From the NCBI GenBank assembly GCA_016124845.1, contig WGMW01000009.1, positions 149,624 through 213,623 on the forward strand: 64,000 bases of DNA, given 5' to 3'. The notes under the pieces are model-generated. The model made no database searches, was not told the origin of the DNA, and saw nothing but the letters and a program-made list of their open reading frames with translations. Each line of letters begins with the position of its first letter. Position 1 is the stretch's first letter. This document shows, in pieces, positions 20,776 to 30,533 of the stretch. The position numbers and the translations under genes were made by a program. The stretch is from Flavobacteriales bacterium (GTDB lineage Bacteria > Bacteroidota > Bacteroidia > UBA10329).

Positions 20776-21841
20776 CTTTGGGCTTGTGAAAGCCCCGAAG
20801 CAGAAAGATCTTATCCTATTTACTTCCATTGCGCTGTCGGTAGCACTGACAGCGGTGATCGCATTGCTCGACTTTTTGTTGTTCGATCAGTTCAACTGGA
20901 TCCGCTCGCTGATCACTTTCCTGCTGGTTTTTGGAGTGTCCATGTTCATGGTGCGCTATGTGGTGGATCGGTTCATCTACGAGAAGATCAAACTCATTTA
21001 CAAGACCATCTACAACCTGAAAACCCCGAAAGCCGACCTGAAACGGAAGCTGCGCGAAGATGAAGACGCGCTCGATACCGTGAACAAGGAAGTGGTTTCG
21101 TGGGCAGAAACGCAAAAGCGTGAAATTCAAACACTTAAAGATCAGGAAGAGTACCGAAGAGATTTTCTCGGAAACGTTTCGCACGAGTTGAAAACGCCCA
21201 TATTCAACATTCAGGGTTACATCCACACGCTTTTGGATGGCGGGTTGGAGGACGAGGAGATCAACCGCAAATTCCTGATACGTGCCGATAAAAGCGTGGA
21301 ACGCATGATCTCGGTGGTGGAAGATCTGGAGGTCATTTCGAGATTGGAATCAGGAAGGCTGGAACTGAACATCCAGCGCATCAATATTGTGGAGTTGGCC
21401 AAGGAGGTGATCGAGCTACAGGAGATGAAAGCAGAGAAGCGCGATATCGTTATCCGTTTCAATGAGAAATACGACAAGCCGATCTACGTGTTGGCCGATG
21501 GCGACCAGATCCGTCAGGTGTACATCAACCTCATCGACAACAGCATTAAGTATGGTGTGAACGAAGGCACCATCAAGCTGCGCTTTTACGACATGGATCA
21601 GAACATTCTGTGTGAAGTGGCAGATGATGGCCCCGGAATAGAACCGAAACACCTGTCGCGCCTTTTCGAACGTTTTTACCGCGTGGACAAGGCCCGCGAC
21701 CGTCACGCTGGTGGAACAGGTCTCGGACTGGCCATCGTCAAGCACATCATCGAAGCGCACGAACAGACCATCAACGTGCGTTCACAAACGGGAGAGGATT
21801 CTGGAACCACCTTCTCGTTCACGCTCAAGAAAGCGAAGTAA
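20753..21841 (+). CDS. Sensor histidine kinase (PhoR-like)
   Basis: TM helices, H-box LGNVSHELKTP and HATPase G-boxes. It overlaps the regulator's stop; the true start is uncertain. Confidence 0.85.
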   Translation: MGTNSKSNFGLVKAPKQKDLILFTSIALSVALTAVIALLDFLLFDQFNWIRSLITFLLVFGVSMFMVRYVVDRFIYEKIKLIYKTIYNLKTPKADLKRKLREDEDALDTVNKEVVSWAETQKREIQTLKDQEEYRRDFLGNVSHELKTPIFNIQGYIHTLLDGGLEDEEINRKFLIRADKSVERMISVVEDLEVISRLESGRLELNIQRINIVELAKEVIELQEMKAEKRDIVIRFNEKYDKPIYVLADGDQIRQVYINLIDNSIKYGVNEGTIKLRFYDMDQNILCEVADDGPGIEPKHLSRLFERFYRVDKARDRHAGGTGLGLAIVKHIIEAHEQTINVRSQTGEDSGTTFSFTLKKAK

Positions 21842-22880
21842 CCAACGCATCGACTGCCGCTTTGTAATCATCGCTCAAACGCGGCTTGAACCCAGAGAAC
21901 TTGTCGCGTTGCTCCCACGCCTTCGCAAGGTTGAAACTGCGCTGATTCATCATCATGTGTTTTCCTTCACGATGGTATTTCTGTGCGAGATATTCCTGCT
22001 CGGTCTGCCCTGGAGTGGGTACAAAAACCGCCTGCTTGCCCAAGGCCGCAAGGTCCATAATGGTGGAATAGCCCGAACGCGAGACCACCAATTTCGCGGC
22101 AGCCATTTCCTGTGCCAACTCGTTGGCTGAAAGATGAGAGACGATGCGAACATTGCCAATTGTTTCATCCCGTTCACGGTCGGGCGTGCCGAGTACCGCT
22201 ACGGCCTTGCCATCAAAATCCTGTAGCTGTTTCAGTACTTGTAGTTCAAAACGTGTGCGCTGCGGTTCGGGTCCGGAGATCACCACCAAAACGTCCGTGG
22301 TTTCTTCTTTCTGCTCCGCATGAAACCGTGAAAGCGGACCGATGTACTGCCCATTCTTCGGTAACGGAAACTTGTGGGCAAGATCGCCCGAAAGGCCATC
22401 CACCGCATAATCGGGAACCCACACTTGTCTGAACTTCCGCATGTAATCGGCATGCATGCGATACAGGATCGGCTCCACCAACATTGGTGCTTTGATCATA
22501 ACCTGATGCGTCATATACACACTCGGGATCTTGCGTGTGTGCAGCCCGAAACGGTTGTCCGAGATCACCGCATCCAATTTCAGTTTCGGAATGAGGCTTT
22601 GCAGTTCATGATGTTCCTCGCGAATGCGATTGAGAATATGAGGCGTTGAGCGAAACATCTTCCAAGCCATGCCGCTGCCTTCGGGATAGGAAATATCATA
22701 GCCTTCAAATTCAACAGATTCCACCTCAGGAAACTCCGACCGAAGCAATAGCAACGATCTTCCCGAAGCCGCAACAATCGGCTGCTGCCCCATGTTGAGA
22801 AGATGACGGATGATGGGAACACACCGCGTGGCGTGACCAAGTCCCCAGTCCAGCGGGGCTATCAGAATCCGCTTATCCAT
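21825..22880 (-). CDS. Glycosyltransferase, MurG-like GT-B (GT28/GT1 family)
   Basis: 351 aa. The N-terminus LIAPLDWGLGHATRCVPII resembles the MurG/UDP-glycosyltransferase Gly-rich loop. Its 3' end overlaps the convergent kinase gene by 17 nt. Confidence 0.65.
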   Translation of the reverse strand: MDKRILIAPLDWGLGHATRCVPIIRHLLNMGQQPIVAASGRSLLLLRSEFPEVESVEFEGYDISYPEGSGMAWKMFRSTPHILNRIREEHHELQSLIPKLKLDAVISDNRFGLHTRKIPSVYMTHQVMIKAPMLVEPILYRMHADYMRKFRQVWVPDYAVDGLSGDLAHKFPLPKNGQYIGPLSRFHAEQKEETTDVLVVISGPEPQRTRFELQVLKQLQDFDGKAVAVLGTPDRERDETIGNVRIVSHLSANELAQEMAAAKLVVSRSGYSTIMDLAALGKQAVFVPTPGQTEQEYLAQKYHREGKHMMMNQRSFNLAKAWEQRDKFSGFKPRLSDDYKAAVDALVTSLS

Positions 22881-22979
22881 AATTATGTCGCAAAATGATA
22901 AAATTCGACAGATGCACCATTAACACATTAAGAATAAACCTCTTACCCCGTTATCTTTGCACTCCCCTTAATTCACATC

Positions 22980-24881
22980 ATGCAAAAGTTAATTGTTACA
23001 ATAGTAGGCCTCGCCTTCTATCTTGTTTCCTATGCTGCTGACCCGACAGGACCAGACAGCACCTACAACGAAGTTGAAGCGCCCGTTTATCAACGAGAAA
23101 TGGACTATAAGGGGCATACCAAGACCAGCTATTATGTAACCATGGACGATGGTGTTCGCTTGGCGGTGAATGTCTACTTGCCCAAAGGGCTGAAAAAGGA
23201 TGAGAAGATTCCTGCCGTCCTTTTCATGACGCGCTATTGGCGAGGTGTTGGTATCAAATGGCCGTTCGCTGGCCTGTTAGATATCGTTCCGCACACACCG
23301 AATTTCCCTGTCCTGGAACTACCAAAATATGGCTACGGACTGATTACTGTGGATGTTCGCGGCAGCGGGGCTTCCGAAGGGACCAAGACCCTCACGCTCT
23401 GCGACATGCGCGAAGTGCTGGATTTCAATAATCTTATCGATTGGGCGGTGGATCAGGAATGGTGCAACGGGAACGTTGGCGCTACGGGCGTTTCATACAT
23501 CGGAAATACGGCACTTTACGCCACTTACAACGAGCATCCAAACCTGAAGGCCATCGTTCCCACCTATTCTGTGTGGGATCTTTATGATGATGTTTCCACG
23601 CCAGGCGGCATCTATTTCCACCAGTTTCTGAAGCAATATGGCTACTTCTGTTCATCGCTCGATAAGAACGTCATCCCAGATAGTCGCAAGCAGAAAGGGG
23701 CTGCGCTTGCCTATGGCGTGGAGCGCGTGAAAGGCTACAGTAAAAAAGACATGGAAAAGGTGTGGGAATCGCACACGTGCAACCACTACCAATGCACGGA
23801 AGGCAGCGTTGCCAACTTCGCAGATGACGAATGGACCATCAATGGCAATTTCCGTCTGAAAGATGTTCTTTCTCCACACATGTTTGCAGACAGGATCAGA
23901 GAATCAGGTACAGCCGTTTACTCGTGGAGCGGTTGGTGGGATGCGGGTTTCTCTCACTCTGCCATCCGCCAGTTCATCAATCTCAATGATGGAAGAAACC
24001 GACTACGATTAGGCCCATGGAACCACGGTGGCGGGGCCAATGTGAGCCCGACCATGGCAAGCGCTTCCGAGCATGATGACGTGAAGGAGGTCGTTCGGTT
24101 TTTCGATTACTATCTTAAAGGTATTGACAACGGTTTTGAGCGTTCTCCTCGCGTGTACTATTACACCATGGTGGAGAATGAGTGGAAGACCGCAGACAAA
24201 TGGCCGATAGATGCGCAACGCAAAAATCTCTACCTCGCCCCAAATGGAAATGCTTCATGGGATGAGACGACTGACGCAGAAAGTTTCACCGCCTACACGG
24301 TTGATACAACCCATGGCATTGGTGCAGATTGCCGCTGGAATTTTGGTACTACACATACAGGAGTGACCTACGCGAACGCAGATGCCGAGGACAGCATCAC
24401 AGCCGTTTTCACCCTACCTGTGCTGGAAGAGGACATGGAGGTGACAGGCCATCCGCAAGTGAATCTTTACCTCAAAAGTGCAACGCAGGACGGTTCTGTT
24501 TTTGCCTACTTGGAGGACATGGACGAGAACGGAAACGTATGGAAGGTAACTGATGGGCAGCTTCGGTTCATCCACCGAAAGATCGTTGCGGAAGCTCCGC
24601 ATTATCAGGATGTGGTTCCTTACCATAGCTATGAACGGGCCGATGCAGAACCCATGGACACCACGGCCGTGGAGTTGGTCTCATTTGATATGCTGCCAAC
24701 CTCTCATCTTTTCAAGAAAGGACATCGCATTCAGATCCGTTTGGCGGGTGTGGATGTGTACAATTTCAAGAACCTGTATCCTAACGGAGGTTCATGGGAA
24801 ATTCACCATGATGCGGAACATCCAACCTCTGTTGAATTGCCTTTGGTTGACAGGAATGTTGCCATGGGAATGGGCGAATGA
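22980..24881 (+). CDS. CocE/NonD family hydrolase (S15 X-Pro dipeptidyl-peptidase-like)
   Basis: 633 aa with a signal peptide, a GxSxG nucleophile (GVSYIG) and a C-terminal beta-sandwich. Confidence 0.75.
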   Translation: MQKLIVTIVGLAFYLVSYAADPTGPDSTYNEVEAPVYQREMDYKGHTKTSYYVTMDDGVRLAVNVYLPKGLKKDEKIPAVLFMTRYWRGVGIKWPFAGLLDIVPHTPNFPVLELPKYGYGLITVDVRGSGASEGTKTLTLCDMREVLDFNNLIDWAVDQEWCNGNVGATGVSYIGNTALYATYNEHPNLKAIVPTYSVWDLYDDVSTPGGIYFHQFLKQYGYFCSSLDKNVIPDSRKQKGAALAYGVERVKGYSKKDMEKVWESHTCNHYQCTEGSVANFADDEWTINGNFRLKDVLSPHMFADRIRESGTAVYSWSGWWDAGFSHSAIRQFINLNDGRNRLRLGPWNHGGGANVSPTMASASEHDDVKEVVRFFDYYLKGIDNGFERSPRVYYYTMVENEWKTADKWPIDAQRKNLYLAPNGNASWDETTDAESFTAYTVDTTHGIGADCRWNFGTTHTGVTYANADAEDSITAVFTLPVLEEDMEVTGHPQVNLYLKSATQDGSVFAYLEDMDENGNVWKVTDGQLRFIHRKIVAEAPHYQDVVPYHSYERADAEPMDTTAVELVSFDMLPTSHLFKKGHRIQIRLAGVDVYNFKNLYPNGGSWEIHHDAEHPTSVELPLVDRNVAMGMGE

Positions 24882-24897
24882 TCCAACTCTCCCCCAT

Positions 24898-24919
24898 CCC
24901 CTCTCTTGCAAGAGAGGGG
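24898..24919. terminator. GC-rich hairpin between convergent genes (likely bidirectional terminator); member of the C/G palindromic repeat family
   Basis: cccctctctt-gc-aagagagggg is a perfect 10-nt inverted repeat. It is preceded by ctcccccaTcccct, which matches the intragenic element at 35409. Confidence 0.45.
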
Positions 24920-24929
24920 CGAGTTGTAG

Positions 24930-25586
24930 TTAAAGCACCTTCGGTCCTTTGATGAAACTGCTGACAGGAACTGCCAGCACAGCCCCAATGATGGGTGCAG
25001 TAATGTAAAGCCACAAATTTTCGAGATGACCTGAGACCAGCGCGGGTCCCAGCGAGCGAGCTGGATTCATACTTGCGCCCGTGATCGGCCCACCGACTAA
25101 GGCCAACAGTGCCACGGTGGCACCGATGGCAATACCCGCCAGCGTTCCTACTTCTTTAGAACCTGTGGCCACCATGATGATGATGAGCATGAGCAGGAAG
25201 GTGATGACCACCTCCATCAAAAATGCCTGCGAGATGGTATCGGAAACGAGTGTGGCACCGAGGTAGGTCGATTCGTTGGGGAACATGAACCGCAGCAGCA
25301 CGCAGGCCAAGATGGAACCCACGCTCTGAGCAAGGATATACGGAATCACTTCCTTCATCGGGAATCTGCCAGAGATCCAAAAGGCGATGGTGACCGCAGG
25401 ATTGATGTGCGCGCCTGAAACATCGCCAAAGGCATACACCACCGCCATGACGATGAGGCCGAAAACGGTGCAGATGGCCAAATGGCCCACTACGCCACCC
25501 GTTACGTCATTCACTACTATGGCCCCGCACCCTGTGAAGACCAACCCGAAGGTTCCGAGTACCTCTGCTAAAAGTTTCCGTGTCAT
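24930..25586 (-). CDS. aqpZ: Aquaporin / MIP family channel
   Basis: Two NPA motifs (HINPAVT, MNPARS) and six TM helices. Confidence 0.9.
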   Translation of the reverse strand: MTRKLLAEVLGTFGLVFTGCGAIVVNDVTGGVVGHLAICTVFGLIVMAVVYAFGDVSGAHINPAVTIAFWISGRFPMKEVIPYILAQSVGSILACVLLRFMFPNESTYLGATLVSDTISQAFLMEVVITFLLMLIIIMVATGSKEVGTLAGIAIGATVALLALVGGPITGASMNPARSLGPALVSGHLENLWLYITAPIIGAVLAVPVSSFIKGPKVL

Positions 25587-25942
25587 GGATTAAATGTAGA
25601 GAATACATCCCAACCTACAACTTACAGGAACCGTCAACACAATAGCATGGTTTGAAACTAAGACCTGTTTGCACGAACTGAACAAACTTCGGTAGATAAA
25701 GGGAATTACGGCATTGAGCGCGATACGGTGTACAATACCGTGACCGACTATATGGATTACGACTTCGCTGCGGAAGTCTTGGGGGAGCAGCTATCCAATT
25801 TACCTTAGACATATCCACTCTTCCATTCATTTGGTCGTAGTACGGCCGAATGATACTCCCAATTCATTGCCTGAGTTTCCATTCTTGCCGTCTGAATGAG
25901 CACCCTTGGTATCTCGGTAAGCATTGTATATAAATTTGCAGC

Positions 25943-26539
25943 ATGATCAAACCAATGGCCTTTTTGCTTTCGTTCGCGCTGGTGCTGGGCGCAAGCGAAC
26001 CGTGGGTGCTTACCAAGGATAAGAACCGCATCAGCACCTACATTGGCAATCCCGGCCAGAACGGGCTGCGCCCCACCCGCTCGGTAATGGCCGTTAGCGG
26101 AAGCCCCGAAATGGCGCTCAAGGTCATCCTCGATATTGCTTCCTACCCCCGTTGGATACCTTACTGCGAAAGCACAAAGATGCTTGACCGCCCCAACGAT
26201 TCCACCTTCTTCTACTACCAGTTCATGGACATGCCGCTGGTCAAGAACCGCGACCTCATCGTAAAGGTGATCTCCTCCAAAATAGCCTCCGGCTACAGCA
26301 TTACCATGCGTGTGGCCCCCGACCATATTCCGGTGGATGAGGATGCGGTGCGCATCGCCATTTTTACGGGCGATTACACCATTGAACAACAGGGAACGGA
26401 CAGCACCCTGATAACGTTCGACAATATGGTGGACCCGGACGGGCTCATCCCCGATTTTGTACTCAATTGGGCCAGCCGTTCGCAGCCGTTCAAGACCTTC
26501 AGCAACCTGAAGGAACACATGGCCAACTACGGCAAGTAA
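25943..26539 (+). CDS. START/SRPBCC lipid-binding domain protein (secreted)
   Basis: 198 aa with a signal peptide. START-like core (…YPRWIPYCESTKML…DLIVKV…). The opposite-strand ORF 25805..26695 is a GC-driven shadow. Confidence 0.55.
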   Translation: MIKPMAFLLSFALVLGASEPWVLTKDKNRISTYIGNPGQNGLRPTRSVMAVSGSPEMALKVILDIASYPRWIPYCESTKMLDRPNDSTFFYYQFMDMPLVKNRDLIVKVISSKIASGYSITMRVAPDHIPVDEDAVRIAIFTGDYTIEQQGTDSTLITFDNMVDPDGLIPDFVLNWASRSQPFKTFSNLKEHMANYGK

Positions 26540-26543
26540 GCTC

Positions 26544-27590
26544 CTAATCCTTTCTACTGGAAATATAGACGCGCCATTTGTCCAGCACGGTCTGCATGTC
26601 TTCGGGCAGGTCGGCCTCAAACGATAGGCGCTCTTTGGTAATGGGCTGCGTAAACGCCAACGAACGGGCGTGCAACGCAGGCCGTGGCATGGCATCGAAA
26701 CAGTTCTGAATGAACTGCTTGTATTTGGTAAAGGTGGTGCCCTTCAGCACCTTGTCGCCCCCATAACGTTCGTCATTGAACAGCGGGTGGCCGATGTGTT
26801 TCATGTGCACCCGTATCTGGTGCGTGCGTCCCGTTTCGAGCTTGCATTGCACCAGCGTTACGTACCCGAAGCGTTCCAAAACCCTGTAGTGCGTAACGGC
26901 ATGTTTGCCTTGGTCGCCATCGGGAAAAACGTCCATCTGCAGGCGGTTCTTGAGCGAACGGCCGATATTGCCGGTAACGGTACCCTTTTCCTCTTCAAAT
27001 TCGCCCCACACCAGCGCGGTGTAGAGTCTGTCGGTGGTACGGTCGAAGAACTGCTTGGCCAGTCCGCTCATGGCCAGTTCATTCTTGGCCACTACCATAA
27101 TGCCCGATGTGCCCTTGTCGAGCCGATGCACCAGCCCGGGGCGCGGCTCATCGAATTTGCCCATGTCGGGCAGATTCTTGAAGTGATACATGAGCGCATT
27201 GACCAGCGTACCGCTGTAGTTGCCATGGCCAGGGTGCACCACCATATCGGGCGACTTGTTCACCACCACCACATCGGCATCCTCATAAACGATGTTCAGC
27301 GGAATGTTCTCTGGGATGATGGTGCGGTCGCGGGGCGGTTCGGCCATCACCACCGTGATGACATCCCTGGGCTTCACCTTGTAGTTGGGTTTCACCTCGT
27401 TGCCGTTCACCAGCACATTGCCTGCGCGGGTGGCCACTTGTATCTTATTGCGCGTGGCGTTGGCCACACGGTCCATCAGAAACTTATCGATGCGCAAAGG
27501 TTCTTGGCCGGGGTCGGACACAAAACGATGGTGTTCGTAGAGGTCCTCCTGCTCGTCCGCCTCTTCGTACAGGTCGTTATCCCCGCTCAT
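26544..27590 (-). CDS. rluD: 23S rRNA pseudouridine synthase, RluA/RluD family
   Basis: S4 domain (LRIDKFL) and catalytic motif HRLDKGTSG. The opposite-strand ORF 26670..27647 is a shadow. Confidence 0.9.
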   Translation of the reverse strand: MSGDNDLYEEADEQEDLYEHHRFVSDPGQEPLRIDKFLMDRVANATRNKIQVATRAGNVLVNGNEVKPNYKVKPRDVITVVMAEPPRDRTIIPENIPLNIVYEDADVVVVNKSPDMVVHPGHGNYSGTLVNALMYHFKNLPDMGKFDEPRPGLVHRLDKGTSGIMVVAKNELAMSGLAKQFFDRTTDRLYTALVWGEFEEEKGTVTGNIGRSLKNRLQMDVFPDGDQGKHAVTHYRVLERFGYVTLVQCKLETGRTHQIRVHMKHIGHPLFNDERYGGDKVLKGTTFTKYKQFIQNCFDAMPRPALHARSLAFTQPITKERLSFEADLPEDMQTVLDKWRVYISSRKD

Positions 27591-29551
27591 TGGCGCACTA
27601 CGCGTTTGGTAAAGCTTCGGCCATCGGCCAGAATGTTGAGGAGATAGGTACCTGCGTGCAATCCGCTCATATCAATGGAACCCAAGTAGCCGCGTTGCGA
27701 AAGCACCCTCCTACCCGCAAGGTCGAACACTTGAATGGTGGCATTCTTGGCCTGGGTGGGGTTCAGTCCCTGAAGCCGCACCTCTCCCGTTGTCGGATTG
27801 GGAAATACGTTGAGGCTCACCACCTCGGGCATCTCATCTGTACCTGTCCACGTGTACGGTTGCCCGAACACCGGACGGATCATAACAGATCCAGCTATGG
27901 AACTCTGCGCCCAGTAGTCTCCAAGGTTGTAATACACTTTATCCGAATGATCGGCCCGTAGGTCGAAACCGATGGAAAACTTCTGATCGGTGGCCGGTTG
28001 TTGTGTCCAACCGATCCAAATATTATCACTTACAATCAGTTCGCGGTCCAGCATGTAATGGTAGAAGTAATTGACCTGATCCGTGTAGTGCAAATTGAGT
28101 TCCTGCGAGGTCCACATGGTATCTCCTGGTTCCTCATTCCCAGACCACACCACCAATTTCACAGGCTCATTCGACAAATCGTACTGAACTGGATTGAGAT
28201 AGATCTGAATACCTCTGAGTACACTTTCGGGTCTCTTAATGTTGTATTTAACGGCCACCTTCCCTTCATTTTCCAACTCACCAAGTCCATATCCGAGTTC
28301 TGCGGTACCATCATCATACGCATAGTAATTGTAAAACTCCTGTTTGAAAACAGAGGTATCATTGGGATGATAATCATCCTCCAAGTTTTCCATCAAGTGT
28401 TTCACTACGAAGTACGTTGAGTCCCAGGTCAGTTCATTATCGGTCGGGAAACTCCAATTGTCTGTCCAGTAGGTAAAGTTGCTATTGATGTTGAGGTTGC
28501 ACGTATTTCTTTGGTTGCCACAGACCACCCAAGGATCGACCAACGGAGAAGAAAGGGTGTCGTCAAACACTTTGGTGCCACCTGGGTTAAATATGTTGAA
28601 TTTGTAATCGGCACGGAGCACCGTATCTGCATTATTACGGATCATGAAGAAATTCGTGTCTCCCATAAGCGAGAGTGCATCTCCTAAACTGTCGATGTAC
28701 TTGTAGTGGTTCCAAGGCATGCTGTTGAATTCTTTGAGAATACTTGCCGTGGCACTCTGAAAACCAATGGTGTCATTGTCCCAAGAGGTCTGCCCAAGAA
28801 AGGCCAGATCCTTGATCAGCGTATCAGCCGATGTTCTTCCTTCATCAAGCTCAATATAGTCGATATGCCAATGATCCACGCTTCCGGCCCGCGAAGCAAA
28901 GTTCTTGAAACGGAACTGAAAGCCGTTGTACAGGTATTCCTCTCCCATGATCGGCAACATCACTCTGCGGAACTTATTGTCCTCCAGAATATATCCTGCA
29001 TGCTGCCATACCTGCACCCAAGCTCCTGAAGTGTCTTTGAAATCCAGGATCAGATAATCCTCCGATTCGGGAGCATTGCCAAGACCCTGAGCCTGATAAA
29101 AGAAACTCAGAAACACCGTATCGGTAGCACCTTGAAGATTGATCGGTTTGGACCTCAGGCTATCGGACTGATAAGATTGTGAAATACCAAAACCATAAGC
29201 TCTTCCCTGTTCATCAAGTCCATCAAATGTGGCCACTCCCTGCGAAATGGGGTTGATGGCCATGTGGTTGTTGATGTAAACGGTGTTCCCGATCCACAGG
29301 TCAGGGTTCGGGTAAAGGTCTGCAGCGGTTCTCAAGCGAGAAAACGGCTCCGAGAAATCATCGAAAAAAGGAAGGTCGAGCGTGTCTCCGGCAGCTCTTG
29401 CACCAACCGAATGTTGCCTCGAAACCTTCTGCCATGCCTCATAAAGAAGCGGATTGGAATTGAGGTCATACAACTTCTCCTGTGCCTGTGCACCAAAGGC
29501 AAAGCCAAGAGCAATGATAAATAGGCTAATCTTCGCCATCTTTCTGTTCAA
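27587..29551 (-). CDS. Secreted protein with T9SS C-terminal sorting domain (Por_Secre_tail)
   Basis: 654 aa with a signal peptide. The C-terminal approximately 80 aa (VFPNPTTGEVRLQGL…IQVFDLAGRRV…GTYLLNI…) is a canonical type-A CTD. Confidence 0.75.
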   Translation of the reverse strand: MNRKMAKISLFIIALGFAFGAQAQEKLYDLNSNPLLYEAWQKVSRQHSVGARAAGDTLDLPFFDDFSEPFSRLRTAADLYPNPDLWIGNTVYINNHMAINPISQGVATFDGLDEQGRAYGFGISQSYQSDSLRSKPINLQGATDTVFLSFFYQAQGLGNAPESEDYLILDFKDTSGAWVQVWQHAGYILEDNKFRRVMLPIMGEEYLYNGFQFRFKNFASRAGSVDHWHIDYIELDEGRTSADTLIKDLAFLGQTSWDNDTIGFQSATASILKEFNSMPWNHYKYIDSLGDALSLMGDTNFFMIRNNADTVLRADYKFNIFNPGGTKVFDDTLSSPLVDPWVVCGNQRNTCNLNINSNFTYWTDNWSFPTDNELTWDSTYFVVKHLMENLEDDYHPNDTSVFKQEFYNYYAYDDGTAELGYGLGELENEGKVAVKYNIKRPESVLRGIQIYLNPVQYDLSNEPVKLVVWSGNEEPGDTMWTSQELNLHYTDQVNYFYHYMLDRELIVSDNIWIGWTQQPATDQKFSIGFDLRADHSDKVYYNLGDYWAQSSIAGSVMIRPVFGQPYTWTGTDEMPEVVSLNVFPNPTTGEVRLQGLNPTQAKNATIQVFDLAGRRVLSQRGYLGSIDMSGLHAGTYLLNILADGRSFTKRVVRQ

Positions 29552-30470
29552 AATCTTCTGGATATTCCTCCATGAGCAGTGTATCCAAATTCAATGTTTC
29601 CCGGCTGTATAACGTGGAATCGTATTCAATGGATGCCGTGTCTTCTGTCAGGTAAAGGATGATGGAACTGCCAAGTGCCATCATTTCACGTTCGTTGAAC
29701 TCAGGTATCTGTCGGTAAACACGTACAAGTCCGGTATCGGTAACGGGTGTATCCACTTTAAATGTTGCCAAATTGAGCGATAAGGCCTGAATGCGTTCCA
29801 GAGCCTCGTCCAATCTGTAATGTATCAGATACGGAATAGGTACCTTTTTATTGCTCAGTCCGAGACCCAGCACCAGATCGACCACAGTTCCTTGAAAAAC
29901 GGTCTTTCCTTTCTGTACCGATCTGCCGTTGATCTTCTGCCCGATGACCGCGTTCTTGGCAATGTCGGGTTGATATTCCAACGTTCCCAATTTCAGTCCC
30001 ACACTTTCAAGCACCGCTTTTGCCTGTCTCAACGAGAGGTTGTGTACATCGGGCATCGCTATCTGCTTCGGAAGCATGGCGTTCACCGTCAGGTAAACCT
30101 TGCGTCCCTTCTTTACCGAATAACCGGCAGCAGGATCCTGATCGGCAACTGCGCCTCTTGGAAGGTCATCCGCGTAAATGGAATCTACAACCTCATATTC
30201 CAGGTCGGTGGTATCGAAAGCAGCTTCGATCTCCGATAGCGGAACGCCCACAAAATCAGGCACCTGAACCGTTACACCATGCTCCGTGTAGGAATCGAGC
30301 CAATAGTAAAGACCCACCGCTGCGATGGCTGCCACCACCAATGCAATGGCCACGTTGACCACAAAAAGTTTGCTGAAAATGAACCTGATAAATCCCACGC
30401 GTTGTGTTGAAATTGCCTGATTGGAACGGCAGCCAAAGATATAAATTATGAACCCGCGGCTGTTTAGCAT
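29526..30470 (-). CDS. PASTA domain-containing membrane protein
   Basis: TM helix followed by three repeats of a PASTA-like approximately 70-aa unit (VPDFVGVPLSEIEA…, MPDVHNLSLRQAKAVLESVGLKLG…, IPYLIHYRLDEAL…). The start is uncertain. Confidence 0.6.
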   Translation of the reverse strand: MLNSRGFIIYIFGCRSNQAISTQRVGFIRFIFSKLFVVNVAIALVVAAIAAVGLYYWLDSYTEHGVTVQVPDFVGVPLSEIEAAFDTTDLEYEVVDSIYADDLPRGAVADQDPAAGYSVKKGRKVYLTVNAMLPKQIAMPDVHNLSLRQAKAVLESVGLKLGTLEYQPDIAKNAVIGQKINGRSVQKGKTVFQGTVVDLVLGLGLSNKKVPIPYLIHYRLDEALERIQALSLNLATFKVDTPVTDTGLVRVYRQIPEFNEREMMALGSSIILYLTEDTASIEYDSTLYSRETLNLDTLLMEEYPEDFEQKDGED

Positions 30471-30533
30471 TTATTGGGAAGAACATGGAGCAGCGACCAT
30501 AATTTCAACTACATTTCATCCGTTCGAAAAAAC

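Noticed and set aside
21825-21841. 17-nt convergent overlap of the kinase and MurG-like glycosyltransferase 3' ends; similar 21-nt overlap at 63822-63842
   Set aside because: This is probably just compact convergent gene ends or slight over-extension of one ORF, not a regulatory feature I can support.
25587-25942. 356-bp aquaporin/START intergenic region, examined for a riboswitch, small RNA or small ORF (including the 71-aa Cys-rich ORF at 25615-25830 and an 18-codon MDYDFAAEVLGEQLSNLP peptide)
   Set aside because: I saw no recognisable conserved RNA motif and no convincing stem-loop series. The candidate ORFs lack start context. It is most simply a divergent promoter region.
25805-27647. 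Two long ORFs (296 aa on the minus strand at 25805-26695; 325 aa on the plus strand at 26670-27647) overlapping the START-domain and rluD genes
   Set aside because: They lie antisense to genes with clear family signatures (START fold; RluD HRLDKGTSG). Their Arg/Ala/Gly/His-rich, motif-free translations are the typical product of high-GC shadow frames.
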